The notes below the pieces were generated by a model. It did not search any database and was not told the origin of the DNA. It saw only the letters and a list, made by a program, of their open reading frames with translations. Of a stretch of 64,000 bases of DNA, positions 1-13,633 are shown piece after piece. This DNA comes from Antedon mediterranea. Its lineage: Eukaryota > Animalia > Echinodermata. Location of the stretch: assembly GCF_964355755.1 (NCBI RefSeq), contig NC_092680.1:20903045-20967044 (forward strand). Direction: 5' to 3'. Every line of letters starts with the position of its first letter. Position 1 is the first letter of the stretch. Both the position numbers and the translations under genes were made by a program.

Positions 1-3000
1 CATTGGTTGTTGGCTCAACTTCATTTTCTTCGGTCATGTCAAACCCGTCGTTTGTCGCTGCCATTGGTGGTTCAGCAAACCCGTCCAGGTAAGTAGGGTT
101 AGGAATTGCTTCAATACTAGTAGTCTCTTTCAAAGGATGTTTTGTCTTTCTCCTAATTTTATACAAAATAATCAAGAATTGGAAATGTTTAACTGTTTTA
201 TTATATACTGCAATTTCTTGTTAATTCTGGAAGATTTGATTGATTTTTCTGTTAGTTTCGTTGTTGTTAAAGAATATTTCATGGGCGTGGGTGCGGGGTG
301 CAGTTTATGAGGATCTAGCAGCTCTATTTTCAAATTGTCTTGTCTCCAAACTATTCGAACTATTGAACAGACATTTATTATAATAAAATTTATGTAGTAA
401 CAGCAATTCAATTAAATGCTGTAACGGAAAAAGAAAAAAAAATACGAAATTAAAATTGTTATTACTTACTTTGCAGCAAGTATGTACGTTGCTCCTAAAA
501 TTAATATTATTAACAATAGAGCTGATATACCAATAACTATGTACATCATCAGCATATCTATAAAACAAAATTAAGAATAATAAGTGGTTACAAAAAATAC
601 AATTGTACAATTATCTAATCTAAATACACCATTTACAATAATGTTATACCAGTAATTAGATTTATGCCTTCCGTATCTATGACAAATGGTTACATAGAAT
701 TTCAAATGACAAGTATATTTTAGACGGAAAATAAAAAAACCCAACTTTGTAAGAGAACTACAGCATGAACCCTCTATCGCAAATGCTCGACTGACTACTG
801 CATTCCAGCAGTTATTGTAGTATTTAATGCATGCTGCATATTACGTAATCCTGGTTGTTACGCTACCCGTATGCAAATTAGGAACGTCATTCTGAGGGAT
901 AGTAATTATCTTTATTGACCGGGTAAGAAGAATGTGAATGAAGTTGGAAGTTAAATCAACAACAATCAACGCAGAAGAACTATAGTATTTGTAAGTAAAC
1001 GTTTTTAATATTCGTTATTCTATCAATTGCCAAATACCAGTAGGAAGGTTTAAACTAAACGACATACGTCGATACCACGAGTTTGTTTTCTGAGATTTTT
1101 GAAATTCGAAATAGGCCTACGATATGTGGTAATCACGATAAGTAAGCTACAACAATGTCTAAACTTGTAACAACATAACGGCATTAAGTTATACCAGAGT
1201 CGCTTTAAAAAATGTTTAGGTTGATCTTGCGCACATAATAGACGGTCGGTATAACAGCAAATAGAACAGATAACTTATCGTTTTTTTTTTTATCTTATAG
1301 GCCTAAATACTAATCTAAATGTTTAAACAATAATTTTCAAAATAAATACCTGATTCTCCAGTAGTCTGGGCAGCATTCTCACCTTTACCAGCTGAAATTC
1401 AAATAATGATATTATTACATCTATCGTGTATTATAGCCTAGATGATGTACACACATCATTATAGTTCAATGTTTATTTATATAGTTTATTATAGAAACAA
1501 TACGTCTTTATCCTATTAAACCTTTTCAGTATGTCTCTTATGTATTTAAGCATATCTTGTATCCTTTTTGCAGATTTATTATTACCGCTGGACGATTTTC
1601 AGTCGAAAAGATATTGTTTAGGATTAGGCCTAATAAAACATCATATTTAGTACACTTAGTCCATCAAACTTACTAGTAGCGGGTACTGCGGTTGACTTTG
1701 CCTGCGTTACCTCATTTGATGATGATGGTTTCATAGCTAAAAAACACAATTAATTAAGAAAAGTAAGTAACGATTGCGCATATACCAGTGACGAATGTTA
1801 ATAAAACTTTATTTTATAATCACAGATACACAGACAAGCCACAAATACTATCCAAAAACTTATTTCTTTTAAAATAAAATGAAGTACCAAATCTAAAACA
1901 ATTCAATGTTTTCATTTATCTTTAAAAATGTCAGCATTTTTCTATTGTTTTCCTAACGCAAAATTAGTTATTTGTAGACATTTACAATTATCAATTGACA
2001 TGACATTTTGATTTTTACAGATTATTAAACCATAAATATACATTTAAACATGTTCCAACTCACGGATAACGACATCCTTTTACAAATTTACCGTAATTAA
2101 AAAATCGGAACCGGTGTAAATGTAATGTTTGTGGAAAAGGCAGGAAATGTGCTTAGAGAAAACAACCACCATGTTAATCATCAATCACTTACTATCACTT
2201 GTTAACTTAGTTTGTAAAAGTGTTGTTTGTTGGGTGTCAGTAGTAGGCCTAGGCGGTAATGTTGTACGTATCAGCGTTGTAAGCCTTTGTGTAAGCTTCA
2301 GCGTTGTCAAACCTTCTGTTGTTACGTGATCAGTTGTAGTTTTAGGCAGCTGGGTGGTGGGGCTTTGCGTTGTGTACAGGCGAGTGGTAGGTGGTAGAGT
2401 AACGTGCTCAGTTGTTGGATTATGTGCTATTAAAATAGATTTTGTGAATTCCCAATAAGATACCACAACCGTGCAAAAACATTAAATGTACAGGCCTATA
2501 AAATATGCAACTAAATTCAGTCTACTACATTATTTGCAGAAAGTAAAACGCATATTCTTGTTTTACGAACACATATTGTAGAAGTTAATTTAAATTAATT
2601 TACTTAAATTGAACACAGGGATGTATGCGTTGTACTTTCTTTTTGAATTGTTATTAAACCACACATAGAAAAGGTGCAACAAATTGATATGCATGCTTTA
2701 GTTTGCCACCAATCTTAAGATAAAATAAATCATGTGAATTTCACATCTAAACTTACTTGTGATTGCTTCAGATGTTGGTTGAGGGATTTCTAAAAAAAAT
2801 TAATATATTCAATATCGTAATGCAATCTCACTAATATAATATCAAAGTCATATGGCCATGTATTTTGTGCTTCTGTGCTTATTCCCATAATTAGAAACAC
2901 AAATCATATAATATGGTGTCGTCATGATATTTAAAGTATACAGTTTTCATCATTTAATTGGTCTCCGTCCGATATTCCAATTTCATTTACTTTGTACAAC

Positions 3001-6000
3001 TTTTAACTTCATTATATTTCGGTGAGTGAATATAATAAAAAACAAACGATGCAATATATTTGTTTTAAAATGGTACAAACCTGTACAAACTATTGGTTCT
3101 CCAGACCAAGAGGTATTAGTATGGCAAGTTATCATTGCGTTTCCTCCTGTCTGCTCGTATCCCGTCATGCATTGGTAAGTAACTATTGCTCCAACAACAT
3201 AACTGTCGCCAGTTCGGATTGAAAACTCAGAACTTTCTGGTTCTCCACACGTAGAAACTGAAATTGAATCAATATTGTATTATGTTAAGCTGTATGCAAA
3301 TGGGGAGACGTCTCAACGGCAATCATTTGAATTTTTTTGTAATTGTTTTATAATCCGCAACGCGGCTTTTGCTCAATTTTATGGAGAATTCAAATAATAT
3401 AGCTTAAAGATGTATTGTCCCTTTGTCAAATTCCAAAAAAATAAAAATTAGAAGATTTCGAAAAAAAGTGGGTCATTTTGAAGTATCATAATAGTTATTA
3501 ACTTTCCCCAAAAATTAGTCGAAAAAAAAAATTATTTAACTGAAATACAGACGTTTTTTATTTAAAAAAAAACTGTGACTTCCAGTCAAAGTTTTCGATC
3601 AAAACATATCTCATAATGCAAAGCGCTTGTTTGGCTACTATGTATGCATAATCATAAAACTTCCTCGCGATGTGTGTGAAAACACCTTCTCAACCGTGAC
3701 GAGTTGTAAACAATCGTAATTAGGATCATGCATAATGCATACTCTTGGTTTGAAATCTTTGTTTACTTTCGCTTGTGACGATTTTCCAGACAAAATGTAA
3801 TCAAACTAATTTACCTGTTAATTACGTAAAATTGTTGTTTTTGGCACGAATTTTTGACTTAAAGTGAATAACTTTAATATTACTTTGATATGGCCAATTT
3901 AAATTTAGAATATTTTGACTTTCATTTTTTTTGTGTTTCAAGGGACAATACATCTTTAAACAATGTAGTGGCCGATCGAGGATGCCATAGACAATAGGAT
4001 TCTATATTATGAATAATGATATTGGTATACTGTTCAGATCCCTCAGGGGTCGACAAGATAATAATAAATGTATGAAGAAGGCCTCTGTAAATGTGGATGA
4101 TTAGATAATACGAGATATAGATAGACACGGTATTCGAATTTTAAAGAGATTGTTGGTACCATCTATCGGAACAAAACATAAGTTATTGTTATTTAAAATC
4201 TTCTAATTTGAAAAAAATACTACGTAAAAAAAACTCAAAATATATGGCTAAACGTACTTGAACATGTTGGTTCTTCACCAGACCATGAACCGTCTATCCC
4301 ACACATCCTCCAGTCATTTCCACTACTAATACCATACCCAGGTTCACATTCGTACGTTACAATTTCACCGTAGGTTGTCTGATCAACCTCTACGGTAATT
4401 CCATCAGGAGATCCCGGATGCATACAATCAACGACTGAAAGTAAAACAAAAGAAATCGCTATTAAATTATGTTTATTCATAATGTAAGAAATGTGTGTAG
4501 AACAATAACAACCTGAATCATTAAGACAGTAATTGATTTTATTAGTCAATGTAATGTTTTCTATCAGTTAACATGACAGGGTCGTTACCCTTGAATTTCG
4601 GGTCAAACAAAATGCAAGCGGCCTAAATTATGCTCTTGTACTTTTTTGTAATAATAATAACGTAACATAATGGGTTTATATATCTTTTTTTACAGTCTAC
4701 ATGTGCAATAATTCCGCTTTAAAGAATGAAAGTGTACCATCTACCTTTGCATTTTAAGCAAATGCTATTATTACAAAACAAGCGGCCTAAATTATGCAAT
4801 TTTTTTTGCTAGTCAGAAGATAACGTAACTTTGGCTTCTTCTAACTCCATTGATAGATTTATATATCGATTGTCTTACAATAATGCAATAATTCCGCTAA
4901 AAGAATGAACATGTATCGTTATATTATATTAGCAAGCCTAGTTAAATAAAAAAAATAATAAGGTTGAAATCAAATTACTTTGGCAGTTCGGAGCGCTGTC
5001 TGACCATGTTCCATCAGCCTGACATGTGATGCTCTGGGAACCCGTGATGTCATATCCGGTGTTGCAGTTGTATTGTACACTACTTCCATATGTTCTTACA
5101 CTGTCCCCACTCATTTCTCCGTTAGTCGGCGGTGAGCCTGGATCACCACAGTTTACAACTGAAATGAAAATAATTCAGTAATAATGTAATAAAGTTGAAA
5201 AATAACTGTTTGTTTTTTTTAAAGATATTTAGTTAGATATTTAGGACTACTATACTAACTTTGGCAAGTTGGGCCGTCATCTGACCATGTTGCATTAGCT
5301 TGGCAAGTTATAGTCTCTACCCCTATGAGGTCATATCCGGTTTCGCATATATAGGAAACGACGCTGTTATAAGTTGTATTCAGACCAGATCTCCAGAGTC
5401 CATTGACTGGTGTACCAGGGTCTCCGCAGTTAACAACTAAACAGACACATTATAATGTTATTATTTTTGTAAACATGTATGAGCATTTCCTGTTAAAAAA
5501 TCAGGCTCACCACACAGTTCACAAACAAATTATGTAATATTAAATAATTAAAACAATAATAATCATGAAATATATATATATTAATTCCAAATTAAGCTGT
5601 AATGTTTTGTTACTAGAAATTATACGTTTTGAAGTTTATAAAAATAAACACCATTTATAGTATTAGAAAATGTAAAATGGAAACACACTCTTGAAATGTT
5701 TTTTCTTTAAATTCAATTAAATAAAAAAACGTTAATTCACGAACATTAATTTGAAATATTATTTTAAATATATATTAAAAAAAAACTATTAGTACAATAG
5801 TACAGTAATATTTAAAAGTAGAAAACAGGCTAATATTAAGAACTAATTTAAGTTATGTTTACTTTTACAAGTCGGAACATTGTCTGTCCATGTTCCATCA
5901 GATTGGCAAGTTATGATCTGTTCACCAATGATGTCATATCCGGTATTGCATATATAGGAAACAACGCTGTTATAAGTTGTAGTCAGACCAGATCTAAATC

Positions 6001-9000
6001 CATTTGCTGGTAAACCAGGGTCTCCACAGTCCACAACTAAACGAAAATGAAACACGAAATGTTATTTATTCAGTACAGAGGAATGGCAACATTTTTCCTA
6101 CTTTCTGGAGTTTTAAATGAGTTGTTAGTGGTTCCGAAGAAAGTCTTGTTTGGCCACCCTGTGTTTGTTCTGTCTATCTAAATACTTTTTTAGAAGTTTA
6201 CTTTTTTAGAAGTAGTAGTAGTAGTAGTTTAAAATTCAGATACATTAATGTTTCCTGTATGGAATGATTACTGAGATGTACATGAATTGCAACTATACCT
6301 CCACAAGATGGAGTTGATCCGGACCAACTTCCGTCTTCCAAACACATTCTGGTCATGTCTCCAATCAATTCATAGCCAGCAGTAGTACACGTATATGTAG
6401 CTGACATACCAAATGTTGTGCCAGATACATGTGAAACCTCCCCATTATTAATATTGCTTAACCCTCCACAATCCACAGCTGTCAATAAATTAATGTAATT
6501 TGTAATATTAACATGTTTAAAGAAAATTGCTTAGCGTTACACATAACGGAAAACTCGAGGATAATTCTGATTAAACTACCATAAAATATTAATGGAATGC
6601 CTTAGTTGTTATTAATTAAATACTGCATTACTATTTTGTTACTTTTATATTTTGACATAATATTCATTCTGGTGAATAGGTCTTGCTAATTGTTAAACCA
6701 CTTTTCTTTTACCTTTATTTTAATTAGGCCTACTCTGGAGACACTTTCACTTAAGAATCGTGTCACTGTTTTAAATGTGTAGCTTCCAAATATTTAAAGT
6801 AATAACTTTAGTACAGTATAGAACTCTGAAATTAGATATCTATTTCACCAATAAGAATATATAGCCTATTTGTGTCAATTCTTCTTCTTGTCCTCTCATT
6901 GTTCAGTTATTAAGATTAGTGTTCTGCACTGTTTCTACATTCTTCATGAAGTCCGAAATGAAGAGAAATTAAATGTAATATGTTTTCTTTTTAAAACACA
7001 AGTGAAAAAAAAAAACTTACGGATACAAGATGGTAAGGATCCTGACCAATTTCTATCTGACTGACACTGTCTTGTCGAAGAATCACTTAAAACATACCCA
7101 GGATTACACGAGTAACTTACAGATTTTGGGTAGAAAAACTGATTTTCATTAAGAACACCATTTGTTGGTGTACCAGGATCACCACACGAAACACCTGAAA
7201 CATAACGTTTTAATCTATTTAGAGAATTAACATCAGTGGAGGGTGTAACGATTATGAAAAGTAGGCCTACTGATCTTCACTAAAATTAGTAGTAGGAAGG
7301 TTACTGTAATTACCATTGCAAGTTGGCAACGCTTCTGACCACAAACGGTCCTCTCGACATTCTAATTCACCACTTGCAACACCGCCCTCTGGTTCATATC
7401 CTACACTGCATTCATACGTTATAGTATCGCCAACAACAAAAGCCCCAGTATATTGAACGTTTCTGCTAACTTCTGTTAACGAATCTGTGTTCAACGCAGA
7501 ACACTCTCTGATGCACGCCGGTTGTGTTTCTTTAGTTACATGACTAAATGCACCGGAAAACCAACAATATGACTCTGTAGGTCCAACTTGGTGAAATCCT
7601 GTGTTACATGTCAACGTCACAGTGGTCTGTGAGGCGTATATTTCTTGATTTGGTGTAACCGTACCGTTGCTAAACTCAAATGATGTACAATTCATAAATG
7701 CATCATCTATAAAACAAACACATATATTTAATCAAAATATTACATGAGACACCTATGCCTACTATAACTTTTTGCACCATAAAAAAACCTCGTTGCTTCA
7801 GCGTAATACAAACTCTCCAAGGAGAGTCTATTACAGCATTAAATAGACCTACAAAATCTACGTCTTCAAAAATAAATTAAATATACATACTTTTATACAT
7901 AATAATTCTTAATTCTCCACCACACAATTGACTGTTATCTCCTGTACATGTCTCTTGCGTGCAATTATTACTTGATGGTTTACCGTTTGCTGGAGCCATT
8001 GGATCGAAATTATCTCCACAAAAGCACTGACTTCCAGCCTCCAAACCAGAGTATAGGAAACCCCGCCTGTGACATAAGTCATGGCAAAATTCTATAGTCA
8101 TAGAATCCTCACTTTCACAGTAAGGCTGATCTGCTGCGCATCCATTGCACTTTTCTTCAGGTTCTGGAATATTGCAAGAGTCTAGGCCTGGAAGTGTTCG
8201 GTTTTCCGCATAATCGTAATAGCATCCTAAGTTTTCAAAGCCTAGAAATTAAACAAACGCATACGTAATATATCTTGTATACTGAATTTAACATTATTGG
8301 CACTGTCCTCATTTTCATCTTAAGAAATAGGCCTACTAAGGATGTCTATACAATATTATTATTAATTTTATCTCGCAAGACCACATTCATCAGTCAGGTG
8401 AACCGAATTAAATATTCAAATGAACAACACTAGAAGATGCATTTTTATGTATTTATTTTATTTTTATTATTTATCATTTTTGTTTCGGCCCTTGTTAAAA
8501 AAATCATTTTCATTGTAAACTATACATAGTCCAAACTGGCTACCGTTGCATTTTACGAAATGACTAACTTTTGAGGAATTTATTTCACTTTAGGCCTATA
8601 TGTAACCTTAAAACGTATTTCAAAATGCTTTGTTTTACCACCGTTCATCCATAAACTTGCTATATTAAAAGCCATTTTCATACCAAACGTTAATTGAACC
8701 GAGATTTAATTTGAGAAAACAAAACATTCTAAGCCACGTTGTAAGACCAATCTTAATTGAACATTGTAATATTCATATTCGTAGCATACAATACAAATAT
8801 TCGACAATCATTACTATTATAATTACCAGTATTAGCTCTACCATTATTTAAGTAGGAACATATTACTCTTGATAATGAAGGGGGATATATTTATTTAAAA
8901 TACGCCTTTACTCGATGTAAATCCCACCTTTTATGCTCCTACCAATAGCCTAATATTTTTCTGTGATTCGTACCATATTACCATTATTTAGGATGATACC

Positions 9001-12000
9001 TACAGTACTGTCTGCTCTAACAATAAGGTGATTGTTTTTTTATCACACTACGCATGCTCCTAATTAACCATTTGTCTGTTGTGACTCCCCCTATAGTATA
9101 GGAAATAGACACATGATGGCCGCAATGACGAGAGTCATTCAAATATTAAATAAATAATATCATAATTACTATTATTTAAGTACAGCATGATAAATAATGT
9201 CTTTCTAAAGATAGGGGGATTTTATTTTATTAAAAATAACTTTTTTAATTCCCCTATATGGTCCCCCAATCTTTAGTTGGTTTTGATTCACTCTGTAGAA
9301 ATTTCCCTTTCTCCTCTTTTATTCTCTTTTATTATTACTTAACCATTTTTCTTTCATTTATGATTCCCCCTATAGAGGAATTAGGCACATAATGGCACTG
9401 ACGATATTTATACATCATTATCAGTTGCTAATTGGAGAAAAAAAATCCCATTTAAACTCCAAACTGAACAATACTTAAATATGTTGATGCATGGCGTGAA
9501 TGACTCATTTAATAAGTTAAAAACCGATAGGCCTACTATTTAAAAAAGACTGGTACAGTACAGGCCCGTATCCAGGGGGGGTGCGTTGGGTGCAGACGCA
9601 CCCCCCCAAGTCCCAAAAGGTCCACTATTTCCTCGGTTGGTATTTTTTCTTGTCTTGTTTAACTAAAGACAATATCATTATATATATACAAAATTTACAT
9701 TATCAATGGTATACAAACAAAAATATGCTAATATAAAATGAAAAAATACCGGTAATTAAATTACGGAATCTGAACTGACTACAAACTCGATGTAAAACAT
9801 GCGCAGTCGATCATGTGACGACAAGCAATAGCTTAGCGCTTCATGTACGCGGTACGCGGTAAAGTGTTTGCTGGAGAAATACAGACAACTTAACGTCAGG
9901 GAACACGTGTACTTTTTGTCGGGGAATATAATATACAGTAAAAAGCGTTCGCGTTCACTTCGTAGCTAGCTTCAGCGCCTAGAAAACCGCGACGTTTCAT
10001 TGACCGTGAGAGTACGTCAGAGTGATATTATTATGCACTTTATATGCATTCATTATTGCCAGCGATCTAACTTACTACTAAACAATAGCTAGGTACGCAC
10101 TTGTCTGGCGGTATCCCTTTGTACGAATCGTTCAACGTTGGGTCGAGACGCGTGATATCAAGTTTCATCCAGGGACCAAAATGTGTAATGTGTTATTTTC
10201 CAGGCGAAGTTTACCGACGGTTACGTCGTGTACTGCGTCGACGTAAGCTACACTACAGCAAAAACGAATTATGTTAATTGTTCGTTTGTTCACCAATTTT
10301 TTAATTTACAAGTAACCTTCTGTACCGTGGGGCACCTAAAATAAATTTTTCATCCATTACTAAACAAAAAAACATGCCATTTTCGCTTAGCCAACATTAT
10401 AGCTATAGTTATTACATTTTCAATATCCTGTATGTCATGAATTTCTCACCACTCGGAAGTCCAGATGGTACGCATGCATACACCTGGGAGGAATAAACTT
10501 TTTTCCCCGACTGAAAAAGGTCTACGCTTGCGTTTTTTAAGCCTCTAGGCCTGATGTTTCCAAAGTATAAAATGCAATTTTTTGAAGACCTGCAGCTCTA
10601 GTTTTAAACATTTTCTTAGCTCAGCCCCAACAATAAAGCTGGTCATATTTCGAAGAACAAGAAGTACATTTTCCGGGACCTAACATCTCTATTTTTCAAA
10701 CATTTCTTAGCTCAGTCACAACCCATGATAGGGACTTATATATTTTTTTTCATGTTTTGAAGTATAATAAATCCAATTTCCGGGACCTCCAACTCTATTT
10801 TTCAATATTTTCTTTGAACTTTTATTTTTTAAATTGAAAAATATGGATTGAAACCGTCATCGCACATCGTTTTTTTGCACGCAGTATTTTATTTATGCAT
10901 TATAAAAAATGGAAAAAATGGCTACCCTAAATTTGATTAAAAAGACCTCAAATGACGCTAGAGAACGCGTTGCTTCCGGGGGCTTCGCCCCCTGGACCCC
11001 CACCGGGGGCCCTTGGCGGCCCCTGGCCCTCAGCCTAGTGATGCTCGCTTCGCTCGCATAGCCCCCTCGTCGGGGAATGTAGCCCCCGCGTCGGGAAGAT
11101 CCTGGCGCCACCCCTGCTGAGTTGGCCTCATCATGAAAGCGTTAAGTTCTGGTGTCCATCGTTCAACTAGCCCAAGCCACAACAGAGAGTCTTACATCAG
11201 TCTTTAGAACGTCAAATAACGCAAATTTTTCCAGGGCCTTCGGCCCCTGGACCCTGACCGGGGGCCCTTGGCGGCCCCCTGGCCCCCAGCCATTGTTGCT
11301 CGCTTCGCTCGCACCCCCCCATTATAAATGCTGCATACGGGCCTGCAGTACATTATTAAAACAACATATGTTACCAAACGATTATATTGATTGCAGACTC
11401 GAAAAACTATTTATTACGTGTGTGTGATTTGTACAGCGCTGTGGATATCATTTCTCGTGGCTACCACATTATACATAAATCTTGAATTATTTGGGTATTT
11501 TAAATCATGAGGCACTTCATTGCTCGTTTTACATTTATATAAAAATGTATAACAATATAAAAGGTAAACATTTACAAAACAAGAACAGAACGCCACAAAA
11601 CAATCAGAAAAAAATGTAACAATAAACGTATTGCACTCTTCCCGCCTTGTGTATCTGTTACGATTTCAAAATACTATTTAAATCTCAAAAATCGTAATCA
11701 GGGGAGTGAATGAGTGATTCGTCAATTAGAACATTAATACTATTCAACTATGCAACGTAATTAATCCTTCATTGGGTTCAAATAAACTCAAATTATATAT
11801 GTAACATCGCAAACATTCATAATGCTACCGTACCGATACTTCATTACCAGTTTTTAAAATGTACATATTGAAGTATATTAATACTGTATCTATATATAAA
11901 TTTACGTAAGGGCAAAAATCGGTAAATCGTGCGTTATTTCTAGAATGTTTACTCGATGGTATATAAAGTTGGTTCGTACTTTCGGTACTAATTTTAACCA

Positions 12001-13586
12001 CCTGATGTAACCCTGTTTACTAATTAAATTGAGTTCGATAATTAGTTATTGACGATTAAAACGAATTTAGGTTCAACGATTTGCCCCAAATAGGGGTGTT
12101 TTTCGATCGTGGTATACACTGTCTAATGGATGTCAATTTGAAAAATACCCGCACACAATAATACGAGGACACTTCGCATTTTCCTATCTCCTCCTACGAT
12201 AATTGTTTTTAATAGCTGAAAACCGGTTGAACAGTTCGAGTACACCATCATAATGTTGAAGACAGGCCGATTTTCTTTAAAAAATGCTATTTTGATACAT
12301 GTAATATACGTTTTTACAAATGTATTGATTTGTGATGAATGGAACATTCCAAATTATTTGGTTTAACCATAGAGGTATAGATTTAGATTTATGGGCCACC
12401 TTGGAGAATAAACATAAATAGTATTGCAATGCTGTACAATACTGTTAAGGTATTAACCACTTTTGATCGCAATTTGAATCGCGAATTTCTTACTGTGAGT
12501 GTTGGTACTGTTAGATATAATATAAACAAATATACAAATAAACTTTATTACTGTGAGTGTGGGTAGGCCTTACTGTTAGATTATAAACATATAATATACA
12601 AATAAATAAACGTTATTACTGACAGTTGTTTCTCAACGTTTGTATTAATTAATAATTTAAAAATATATAAACGTACGTAGTGGTGTATCGTTACATGTAC
12701 TTTACTATTTCAATCGACTATGACAGTGAGAGTTTTAACAAAGTATTAAATCGTAAATGTTTTACTGTATTTAGTGGTATATTATTTATAGGCCTATAAA
12801 ACATTAAAAACAATATTTCGTTACTGAGTGGATAAGAATATATTTTAAAATGTTTCCTCTTTGTACCTATCTTCTTCCCCCATCCCTCAACCATTAATGT
12901 TACATACAAAACACAAATTGGGTTTGTTTAAATAGTCCAAATAAAAAAATTTGACTCATTTTGTTTCTCTCTCGGAAGTAATTCCCAGGGTGCTAATTTT
13001 AGCTGACTACATAAATCATCGTGTATATTTATTCGTTTCTGAAACCTCCATTTTTTTCTCGCTGGAAAATACTGTGTATTCGAGAACCATCTGTGGGCAC
13101 GACCTAGATGGTACGCGAGCGAAGCGAGCGTGCCATCTAGTCAGACTAATTAACATAATCTCTCAAAACCAATACCACAACAATGCATTATCTATAGTAT
13201 GTTTACATGTGCAGCGCTTGCTATATGTAATGCCGTGAATAAGTAATCCAAATCACAACTTGTTGCTATGGTAGCGTGTCAATACAGAGGAGGAGTAATA
13301 GTATTGCTTACCACACCTTTATCGTACTGAATGACTAATTCTAAAATTGTAACGGTAAGCATTGAAAATAACAATGTTAATTTCAATGCTACTGTATTGA
13401 ACTAAATATAATGCCGGGTACTGTACTTAATTATCTTTCAATGTTAATTGATTGCTTGTGTAATTAACGAGATAGAAGGCGTAATGTTGTAATAAATTAG
13501 GTGTCTATTCTCTATCTCATTAATTTACGTTTTTAACAGCAGATAATAATGCCCAACTAAAACCATGGAGGAAATATATATCTATA

Positions 13587-13633
<47 letters not shown>

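Noticed and set aside
172-610. ORFs 172-411 and 305-610 as cytoplasmic-tail exons or separate genes
   Set aside because: The TM exon (557-470) splices in frame to 152, giving a basic stop-transfer and NPxY tail. The listed ORFs are other frames or intron sequence.
10893-11427. GC-rich ORFs 10893-11111 and 11152-11427 as genes or transposase
   Set aside because: They lie in the repeated subterminal blocks of a non-autonomous element and show no transposase motifs.
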